Origin: Bacteriovoracaceae bacterium
Lineage (GTDB): Bacteria; Bdellovibrionota; UBA1018
Assembly (NCBI GenBank): GCA_947463705.1
Contig: CANHSO010000001.1
Location: 1-53,537 of the forward strand
DNA length: 53,537 nucleotides
Reading direction: 5' to 3'
Positions 35,762 through 44,809 of the stretch are shown here, one piece after another. Made by a program: the position numbers and the translations under genes. Below the pieces are notes generated by a model that was given only the letters and a program-made list of their open reading frames with translations, ran no database searches and was not told the DNA's origin. The first letter of the stretch is position 1; each line of letters opens with the position of its first letter.

Positions 35762-36619
35762 ATGGAACTAGCGACCAGTGAGGTCAAAAGTCACATCCAT
35801 CTGATCAGAGGCTTGCACGTTATGATGGATAGTGATCTTGCAGTCTTGTTTCAGACCAAAACAAAAGCGCTCAATCAAACTGTGAGTCGAAACAATGAGC
35901 GATTTCCAGAAGACTTTTCATTCCCTTTGACTCGTGAAGAATACGAAACCTTAAGGTCACAAATTGTGACCTTAAGAAACTTGGCCCATGGGCAACATCG
36001 AAAGTATCTACCTCGGGTTTTTACTGAACACGCGGTTCTTATATTGTCGAGCATCTTGAACACCGATCGAGCAATTCAAGTAAGTATTGCTTCCGCACGG
36101 GCCTTTACGCAGCTTCGCAGTCAAAAGGACTCGAGTAATCATGTGCACAGCTTGCAAGTGAATGCACTGCTTGGCAAAATTGATAAAATCGATTTAAAGC
36201 TGGAGCATACCATCAGCGAATTGCGGGTCTTGACCAAGCAATCCAAGGAACCGATTAACCAAGCCACTCCTCAGATATCAGAAATTGCTTATTGTAAAGG
36301 TGGCCACTCCGATGAGCACCAGGTTAAAAGGATCTATTCCATCCAATCAGCCGTTGCCAAAAAATTCGGGATAAATGCATCGGACTTGAGCAGTGCAAAG
36401 CGAGAGCAAAGGATTGTTCTTCCGCGGCAAATCACCATCTATCTCATCAGAAAGCATCTAGGAATCAGCTTCAAAGAAATTGGGCAAGTATTTGGAGGTC
36501 GGAATCACGCCACACTCATCCACGCTGTTGAGCGGATCTCCACCAAAATAAAGTTGAATCAGGCAATTGGTTCTACTGTTGTCGAGGTCGAGAGGTCGCT
36601 TGGTTTCGAGTCGAATTAA
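35762..36619 (+). CDS. Fusion protein: N-terminal ORF6N (KilA-N/Bro-related) DNA-binding domain plus C-terminal DnaA domain IV (Bac_DnaA_C) HTH
   Basis: The N-terminus (IHLIRGLHVMMDSDLAVLFQTKTKALNQTVSRNNERFPEDFSFPLT..RKYLPRVFTEHAVLILSSIL) fits the ORF6N pattern. The C-terminus (IQSAVAKKFGINASDLSSAKREQRIVLPRQITIYLIRKHLGISFKEIGQVFGGRNHATLIHAVERI) fits the DnaA domain IV pattern (RQIAMYL..S...IG..FGGRDHTTV.HA..KI). I prefer ATG 35762 with GAAGGAG upstream over the TTG at 35729 in the track. Confidence 0.75.
   Translation: MELATSEVKSHIHLIRGLHVMMDSDLAVLFQTKTKALNQTVSRNNERFPEDFSFPLTREEYETLRSQIVTLRNLAHGQHRKYLPRVFTEHAVLILSSILNTDRAIQVSIASARAFTQLRSQKDSSNHVHSLQVNALLGKIDKIDLKLEHTISELRVLTKQSKEPINQATPQISEIAYCKGGHSDEHQVKRIYSIQSAVAKKFGINASDLSSAKREQRIVLPRQITIYLIRKHLGISFKEIGQVFGGRNHATLIHAVERISTKIKLNQAIGSTVVEVERSLGFESN
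35950..35976. repeat. Intragenic copy of the 27-nt palindrome core CTTAAGGTCACAAATTGTGACCTTAAG
   Basis: It is an exact match to 35669-35695, the core of the 41-nt palindrome. It lies within the ORF6N-domain coding region, in the codons for LRSQIVTLR. Confidence 0.85.
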
Positions 36620-36644
36620 CTCAGACTCTTCAAGGATCGACAAA

Positions 36645-37094
36645 TTACTGAATCACAGAATCTAGATCAGAATCTGAGTTAGCATTTTCCTCGAACTGAG
36701 AGAGGTCTGCTCGATCTGCAATGATGATGTGGAAAACATATTCGACCAAAAGATCGTCTAAATCGATGTTGGCCGGAGCATTAAAACTCCGCTTGTAATG
36801 AACAATGATCTCCCAAAGAGGAATGTGGGTGATTTCATCTTCGCCCTCAACGATATCGATCACTTCAAAAAATTCTTGATGATCTGGAATCGTTCCCTGC
36901 AGGAGGACAAACTCTGGATGCTCGTCATTTCGCAGAGAGACAATGTCTTCTTCTCCAATGACAGCAGCTTGTACTGGCACGCTCCCCCAAGCAACACACG
37001 GCATAAAAAACGAAGCCAAACAAAGAATTTTCCAAAAATTTTTCACAGGATGAGGTGTCCTCGGTTGATTATGACTGATGCGCTTCGACGGCAA
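36645..37094 (-). CDS. Small exported protein of unknown function (intact paralog of the 35130..35533 fragment)
   Basis: It has a signal peptide (FWKILCLASFFMPCVAWGSVPVQA) and an acidic C-terminus. The start is uncertain: TTG 37094 in the track, or GTG 37046, which would give MKNFWKIL... Confidence 0.55.
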   Translation of the reverse strand: MPSKRISHNQPRTPHPVKNFWKILCLASFFMPCVAWGSVPVQAAVIGEEDIVSLRNDEHPEFVLLQGTIPDHQEFFEVIDIVEGEDEITHIPLWEIIVHYKRSFNAPANIDLDDLLVEYVFHIIIADRADLSQFEENANSDSDLDSVIQ

Positions 37095-37166
37095 ACAGGT
37101 GGCGGAGAGACTTTGAGGCAGGAGCCGAAAAGTCGTGCCGATCTTTGAGAGGCCTCGGAGCTATGA

Positions 37167-37256
37167 TGGCGGAGAGAGAGGGATTCGAACCCCCGGTAAG
37201 GTTGCCCCTACGTCGGTTTTCAAAACCGATGCATTCGACCACTCTGCCATCTCTCC
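37167..37256 (-). tRNA. tRNA-Ser (anticodon TGA)
   Basis: The reverse complement is GGAGAGATGGCAGAGTGGTCGAATGCATCGGTTTTGAAAACCGACGTAGGGGCAACCTTACCGGGGGTTCGAATCCCTCTCTCTCCGCCA. It has anticodon loop TTTGAAA, a long variable arm, T-loop TTCGAAT and an encoded CCA. Confidence 0.95.
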
Positions 37257-37333
37257 ATTGGGTCGGAAGCTACAATTTGAAGGCCTAGGTTTACACTGAA
37301 ACCAACCTGTTTGCAGCAAGAAAGCGATTGAAG

Positions 37334-38710
<1,377 letters not shown>

Positions 38711-41700
38711 TCATAAGCAGCCTTGAATCACGATGCCTCGATCAGGAGCATCGGGCTCCATCTCAATATACTTTCTCAGAGCAACGCATGCACCGGCTGG
38801 ATCACCCGAGTCGCGATAAACTAACCCGAGCCGACGGTAATGAGCTGGGTTAGCTGGGTCCAGTGCAATTGCCTCTCGAATCAAAGCAACTCCAGCAGTG
38901 TAATTTTTCAATTTGAAATTGGCCCAACCCGCGTTCTGCTTTGCATCGGCAGAGCGTGGATTGACCTGCATAGCCTTGGTGAGCTGAACGAGGGCTTCGC
39001 GAGTCGCATCGGGCTCATTGAGCTCGAGAAGTTCTTTTCCATACCCAATGAGCGCCTGGGCACTCATTGGGTTATTTTGCGTTTCAGTCTTGAACTCCTC
39101 GATCGCCAATTTATGATTTCCTTGGAGTCCGTAAAGGGCTCCCAGATAGTAGTGTAGATTTGGGTATTTGGGGTAAATCTCGAAAATCTTGTTAAGCTCT
39201 TCCTTCGCCTGATCGTACTGAGTTCTTCTCACAAAGATCTGATACCGCTCGAGGTACCCGGAAGGATCAGAAAGGTTCCGATCAGAATACGACTTATAGG
39301 AAGCAAGGGCCTTGTCGAGGGCCTGGCGATCGACTGGCTCTCGACTCATGTGAATTTGCGCCTGAAGTTTCCATGAATAGGCGTAGTCTGGATTGACTTG
39401 AATTGCTTGATCAACATTCTCTTGAGCAAGATCCAAATTACCTTTCTGCATTTGAAGTTCAGCAATCGCGGCCAAATACTCAGCACGTGCAATACTGCCG
39501 GCTCTCAATTCATCTTGCAAAAGACTAATGGCTCGCTCGATCGACTCAGTTTCGGCAATGCACTTGGCAGTACCAATCATGGCTTCAAAATTAAGAGGGT
39601 CAAACCTCAATGCAAGAGCAAAGAAAAATGGAGCGTCCTTATAATTCTTGGTCGACATTAAACTCTTTGCATAAGCAATATAGACTTCTGGATCGATCGA
39701 TGGACGAGCCATGGCCTTCTTGTAGAACATCTGAGCCTCTACAAAGCGACCCTGCTGCTGATACATATCCGCTGCGGCCTTATCAATAGCACTTTGGCTC
39801 ACATTGAGTTTTCGAAACCGATCCATTGCCTTGTTAGCCTCTGCCCAATCAAAGCTTTGAATCAAGGTTTTAATGTATTTTGACCAGATTTGGATATGAT
39901 TCGGTGCACGATCTGCGGCAAGTTTGTAATTTTTACGCGCATTTTCGACATCATGTAAGTAGCTAAACATGTCCCCAATCTTAACCGGGGGGATCGGTGA
40001 CTGATCATCCGCTTGCCGGGCTTGAAGAAATGGAATGAGCGCATCATGATATCGCCCTGCCTGTACCAACCGTTCCCCTTCTCCTAAAAAATAATACATT
40101 CGGGCCTGACCTTGAACAGCCTCAATCGAGCTCCCAGACTTAGCCTTGATTGAATAGAGCTCTAAAAGATGCCTATGATTTTCTGGGTCTAACTTCACAG
40201 CATTCTCAATCGACTCACTTGCAGACTTCCAGTTCTTTTCAGATGCCATGAGCTGCGAATGAAGAAAATAGGTCTCACTAAGTTCCTTCGGAGAAAGCAG
40301 CTCAACATGACTCAGATTATAATTCAAATGAGTCGCAGCATTTCCAATCTTGCCCTGACCACTCGAAATCCAAGCAACTCTCAGACGAGACTTGACATGG
40401 CTACTATTGAAGGCAATTGCTTTGTTATACTGAGCTAGTGCTGACCCCACATCTTTTAAACGCTCGGCAATTTGCCCCCTAAGGTAGAATACCTTAGCAG
40501 AGAATGCCTTTGAGTCGGGCAACTGTTCAATAAATCGAGCAGCATTGACACTGTCACCACGCCAAAAAAATGCCAGTGCCAAATAATAGAACATCTCAGG
40601 ACCGTAATTTGAGTGAGCTTTAGTATAGTCAATGACCCGGGCTTGAGCCGCTTCGGCCTTATTCACCACAATAAAGAACTCAACATCCGCAATCACAGAC
40701 TCAGGCAGATCCACCGACTTGGCTCGCGACATGTCAATGAGCCGCGTTAGGACATCAAAGTAGTTTTCGTCCTTATTCGAAGAATCAATCAAGTTCAAAT
40801 AACTCGAAGCCAACATCGCCAATGCTTTGACGTTATTCGGATCTAAGGTAATGGCCTCTCTAAACTTCTCTGACGCCAATTTATAGCCAAGCACTGTATC
40901 GAGCTGATAATATTGGAAGGCAGCATTATACCTCTCAATGCTGCGACTCGGATTCAAATTTCCTCGATCAGCCTCAGGAAGCTTGGGTCGAATAATTTCG
41001 AGTGAATTCATCCTTGGATGTTCTGGTGTAATCAAAAATTGATCATACACCAGGTAGCTGAAGCCTAAGACCAGTAACAGCCCTCTGCCGATCTGCCAAG
41101 CCCGCTTCCCCAAAGATACGGGATCGGACCTCGACTGGTTGACCTTACCCAACGAGGGATCGCGAGAGATCAATAAGGTCCTGTCACTTGAAAAAGTCTC
41201 GTCAGGTCTCTCAGTGGACTGTGCTGAGCGCGCATCACCCGGCTCAATCACCTGAACGCCAATTCGAGTTGGCTCACCTTGAGCATCTTCGCCCACGAGA
41301 GGCTCGTGCTCCTGCCGCACCACCAGCAAGGTAGCGTCCTGTTCTGAGGAGGAGGGGGAATCGGGTGGTTCTGACTGAGCCTCAGGATCTGGCACCGACT
41401 CAAAAGCTTGATCCTGAGTTGTGCCCGGCAGAGCCCCTCCAGGGCCAGACGGTGCCGAGGAAAAGGCAAACGTGCCCTTTTCAAGTCGTCCGACCAAAAG
41501 GTTAAATAATTCTGGAATTTGACTGATGGGCGTCCACTCGCCAACCTCAGATTCTCGAGCGACTTCTTCACCCAAAATCTGTTTCTTGACGACAAGACGC
41601 GCTATTCTCTCAAGATCGAGAGGCCCCAGTACGCGCCCGGACTTCAGTCTGATATAAAAAGTCTTACCCGACCTAGATTCACTCTCTTGCACATCCGCCC

Positions 41701-41716
41701 CCATCCTTGGTGGCAT
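38711..41716 (-). CDS. GYF_2 domain - TM - TPR-repeat protein
   Basis: 1001 aa. The N-terminal GYF_2-like segment (FYIRLKSGRVLGPLDLERIARLVVKKQILGEEVARESEVGEWTPISQIPEL) is followed by an acidic/Pro-rich linker and one TM segment (LLLVLGFSYLVY). About 750 aa of TPR repeats follow. Confidence 0.75.
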   Translation of the reverse strand: MPPRMGADVQESESRSGKTFYIRLKSGRVLGPLDLERIARLVVKKQILGEEVARESEVGEWTPISQIPELFNLLVGRLEKGTFAFSSAPSGPGGALPGTTQDQAFESVPDPEAQSEPPDSPSSSEQDATLLVVRQEHEPLVGEDAQGEPTRIGVQVIEPGDARSAQSTERPDETFSSDRTLLISRDPSLGKVNQSRSDPVSLGKRAWQIGRGLLLVLGFSYLVYDQFLITPEHPRMNSLEIIRPKLPEADRGNLNPSRSIERYNAAFQYYQLDTVLGYKLASEKFREAITLDPNNVKALAMLASSYLNLIDSSNKDENYFDVLTRLIDMSRAKSVDLPESVIADVEFFIVVNKAEAAQARVIDYTKAHSNYGPEMFYYLALAFFWRGDSVNAARFIEQLPDSKAFSAKVFYLRGQIAERLKDVGSALAQYNKAIAFNSSHVKSRLRVAWISSGQGKIGNAATHLNYNLSHVELLSPKELSETYFLHSQLMASEKNWKSASESIENAVKLDPENHRHLLELYSIKAKSGSSIEAVQGQARMYYFLGEGERLVQAGRYHDALIPFLQARQADDQSPIPPVKIGDMFSYLHDVENARKNYKLAADRAPNHIQIWSKYIKTLIQSFDWAEANKAMDRFRKLNVSQSAIDKAAADMYQQQGRFVEAQMFYKKAMARPSIDPEVYIAYAKSLMSTKNYKDAPFFFALALRFDPLNFEAMIGTAKCIAETESIERAISLLQDELRAGSIARAEYLAAIAELQMQKGNLDLAQENVDQAIQVNPDYAYSWKLQAQIHMSREPVDRQALDKALASYKSYSDRNLSDPSGYLERYQIFVRRTQYDQAKEELNKIFEIYPKYPNLHYYLGALYGLQGNHKLAIEEFKTETQNNPMSAQALIGYGKELLELNEPDATREALVQLTKAMQVNPRSADAKQNAGWANFKLKNYTAGVALIREAIALDPANPAHYRRLGLVYRDSGDPAGACVALRKYIEMEPDAPDRGIVIQGCL

Positions 41717-41739
41717 TTGACCTCAGTGAGGCCAAGGAT

Positions 41740-43245
41740 CTACAGACTCAAAACGGCTCTCTTAGCTAAGTCTATCATTCTTTCAGGAAGGACTCCAACC
41801 TGAATGGTAATGAGGATCATGGCCGCGACGCCCAATCCAGACCAGAGGGAAATCCGGAGCACAGGAGGACTCCCCACAGGTTCTTTCATATACATATAGA
41901 CTAAAACTCTCAGATAATAATAAACTGAAACTGCGCTGCTAAGAACTCCAATCACAGCCAGTGGGATTTCGTTGGCCTGAATGGCCGAATAAAATACCAG
42001 GTATTTAGCGGCAAAGCCCGCCGTAGGAGGAATACCGGCCATCGAAAGGAGGAAAACAGACATTGCAAAAGCAAGCCATGGGTGTCGGCGCGCCACTCCG
42101 GAGAGGTCATGGAGATTCAGCTTTGAATCACCCTCAGCCGCAAGCAAAGTCAAGATCACGAACGCGCCGAGATTCATCGCCGCGTAGACCAAGATATACA
42201 TAACTCCGGGAGCAAATCCGAGCTCACTTCGTGTCCCCGACAAAATTCCCAAGAGCAGGTAGCCAGTATGCGCAATCGATGAATAGGCCAACATTCTCTT
42301 CAGATTTACCTGAGTGAGAGCAATAAAATTTCCAAGTAACATCGTCAAAGCACAAGAAACCCAAAGGACATCATGAAGATGGTTTTGAATGGCGGCTGAT
42401 ATTCCATTTCCATAACCCATAGTCGCCAAGATGCGTACAAAGGTAGCAAAGGCAGCTGCTTTCAGCCCTGTGGTCATAAAACCAGTCACAGGAACTGGGG
42501 CGCCCTCATAGACATCAGGCATCCACATGTGAAACGGAACGGAGGCCACCTTAAAAAGAAATCCAAACAGGACCAAAGCAAAGCCAAGTCCAAAAATTGG
42601 ATTCAAGCTCTGCGGGTGCTCCTGCAAAAACTTGAGTACCGATCGAATTTCAGTAGAACCAGTCGCTCCATAAATGAGCGCGGAGCCGTAAAGAAGAACT
42701 GCGGAGGCGGCTGAGCCCAGGATAAAATACTTCATCGCAGCTTCATTGCTCTTTCGGTCGTTTCTTCTAAAGCCAACCAAAATGTAAACACTCAAAGACA
42801 TCAACTCAAGAGCGATGAAAATGACAATCAGATCCAAAGCCGACGCCATGAGCATCATCCCCAACGCCGCAAACATCACCAACACGTAATATTCTGGGTG
42901 CTGGAGCTTTTCGTCGTCCAAATATCGAAACGAGGAAAAAATCGTAAATAACGCAGCGCCCAAGAAAATCACGTTAAAGAACTGTGAGTAGGTATCAGCC
43001 ACCATCATCCCGTTGAAAAGGGTGTGAGAGGTTCCGTCACCTGAGCTAGAACCTAAAAGCATCGCAATAATGCAGGTCAATGACGTCACCAAAAATACTG
43101 GCCACTTCGGCTTAAGTCCTCCCCAAACGCTCAATAGAATGGAAAGGCATGTGCCACCGAAAACTGTAAAATAAGGAAGAAGACAGTTCAGCTGCTCCTG
43201 ACTGAGAGTGAGGAGCTCGGGGCGGATGGTTTTAAGAACTTCCAT
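41740..43245 (-). CDS. nuoN: NADH-quinone oxidoreductase subunit N
   Basis: 501-aa polytopic antiporter-like subunit and the last gene of the nuo operon. It overlaps nuoM by 14 nt. Confidence 0.9.
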   Translation of the reverse strand: MEVLKTIRPELLTLSQEQLNCLLPYFTVFGGTCLSILLSVWGGLKPKWPVFLVTSLTCIIAMLLGSSSGDGTSHTLFNGMMVADTYSQFFNVIFLGAALFTIFSSFRYLDDEKLQHPEYYVLVMFAALGMMLMASALDLIVIFIALELMSLSVYILVGFRRNDRKSNEAAMKYFILGSAASAVLLYGSALIYGATGSTEIRSVLKFLQEHPQSLNPIFGLGFALVLFGFLFKVASVPFHMWMPDVYEGAPVPVTGFMTTGLKAAAFATFVRILATMGYGNGISAAIQNHLHDVLWVSCALTMLLGNFIALTQVNLKRMLAYSSIAHTGYLLLGILSGTRSELGFAPGVMYILVYAAMNLGAFVILTLLAAEGDSKLNLHDLSGVARRHPWLAFAMSVFLLSMAGIPPTAGFAAKYLVFYSAIQANEIPLAVIGVLSSAVSVYYYLRVLVYMYMKEPVGSPPVLRISLWSGLGVAAMILITIQVGVLPERMIDLAKRAVLSL

Positions 43246-44809
43246 GGTTATTTCCTTGTGCGTAAGAAGTTTGAGAAGCAGAGTTCGGCTGGCTCGTTAT
43301 TCCTGCAGAACTCCGATTAAGAAATCTCTGAACCGAGGGGTCCATCTTCTCGAAGAAAAGATTGGGAAAAATTCCCATCACGAAAATAGCGATTACGAGC
43401 GGAGCAAGAACTAAAACTTCTCTTACAGACAAATCGCGAAGTTTCTTGTTTTCCTCGTGCGTGATAGGTCCGAACATGACCCGCTGGAACATCCACAGCA
43501 TGTAAACAGCGCCCAGCACAACTCCAAGAGCTGCTACTGAAGCGAGAATTCGGTTAGTATTCCAAGATCCCAGGAGGATCAAAAACTCACCGACGAACCC
43601 GTTGGTTCCAGGAAGCGCAACCGATGAGAGGGTTACGATCATAAATGTGACAGCAAAAAGAGGCATGACACGAGTGATACCCCCAAATGCAGAGATCTCA
43701 CGAGTATGCCGTCGTTCGTAAATCATTCCTACCAAAAGGAAAAGGGCTCCGGTCGAAATCCCGTGATTGAGCATTTGATAAATCGAGCCCGTAACGCCGA
43801 TCTGATTCAAAGAGAACAACCCGAGTATTACGTAACCCATATGACTTACTGACGAGTAAGCAACCAGCTTTTTAATATCCGGCTGAACCGTCGCAACAAG
43901 CGCTCCATAGATAATTGCTATTGCGCCCAAAGTCATAAACGGCACCTGATACAGGCTTACCGCTTGAGGAAAGAGAGGGAAAGCAATTCGAAGAAAACCG
44001 TATCCACCCATTTTGAGCAAAACGGCGGCCAAGATCACACTGCCCGCCGTAGGAGCCTGAACGTGAGCATCGGGTAACCAAGTATGCAACGGGAATAACG
44101 GCACCTTGATCGCAAAAGCCAAAGAAAACGCAAGAAACAACAAACTTTGGGCGCCAAAATAGCCGACGCCAGGAATGTGCAACTTGTACAAATCTAAAAT
44201 TAGGGTCGAATAGCTCCCCAACTGTACTTTATGTTGGTAGGCCAGATAGAAAATCGCGACCAACATCAGAAGTGATCCGACCATGGTATAGAGAAAAAAC
44301 TTCATGGCAGCATAAATTCGTTCTTTGCCTCCCCAGATTCCAACGAGGAAATACATAGGAATCAGCATGACTTCCCAGAACACGTAGAACAAGAATAGAT
44401 CTAGAGAGACAAACGCTCCCAGCATCCCAGTCTCAAGAGCCAGAAGGAGGAAGTAATACTCCTTTTCGCGGTGTTCCACTGCTTTAAACGAACCCAAGAT
44501 CGCAATAGGCATGAGAAATGTGGTCAGCATGACCAGCCAGAGACTGATTCCATCGATTCCAACCGAATAGGAAATTCCCAAACTTGGAATCCAACTTGCG
44601 GTTTCGAGCCACTGAAATTCCTCTCCATGAGGAGAAAACTGGACATAAAGAAAAATTGAGAGGAAAAAAGTGACCAAACTGCCCGCTAAGGCCCAATATT
44701 TCAAGGGCGCGCTTCCTCCCGTTTTTACCGGAATCAGGAGCCCAGCGAGTGCCCAAGCGGCCGGTAGAAAAACCAGAATTGTCAGTAAACTTGAATTAAA
44801 CCCAGACAT
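43232..44809 (-). CDS. nuoM: NADH-quinone oxidoreductase subunit M
   Basis: 525-aa antiporter-like subunit (..PLHTWLPDAHVQAPTAGSVILA..). Its position between nuoL and nuoN supports the call. Confidence 0.9.
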   Translation of the reverse strand: MSGFNSSLLTILVFLPAAWALAGLLIPVKTGGSAPLKYWALAGSLVTFFLSIFLYVQFSPHGEEFQWLETASWIPSLGISYSVGIDGISLWLVMLTTFLMPIAILGSFKAVEHREKEYYFLLLALETGMLGAFVSLDLFLFYVFWEVMLIPMYFLVGIWGGKERIYAAMKFFLYTMVGSLLMLVAIFYLAYQHKVQLGSYSTLILDLYKLHIPGVGYFGAQSLLFLAFSLAFAIKVPLFPLHTWLPDAHVQAPTAGSVILAAVLLKMGGYGFLRIAFPLFPQAVSLYQVPFMTLGAIAIIYGALVATVQPDIKKLVAYSSVSHMGYVILGLFSLNQIGVTGSIYQMLNHGISTGALFLLVGMIYERRHTREISAFGGITRVMPLFAVTFMIVTLSSVALPGTNGFVGEFLILLGSWNTNRILASVAALGVVLGAVYMLWMFQRVMFGPITHEENKKLRDLSVREVLVLAPLVIAIFVMGIFPNLFFEKMDPSVQRFLNRSSAGITSQPNSASQTSYAQGNNHGSS

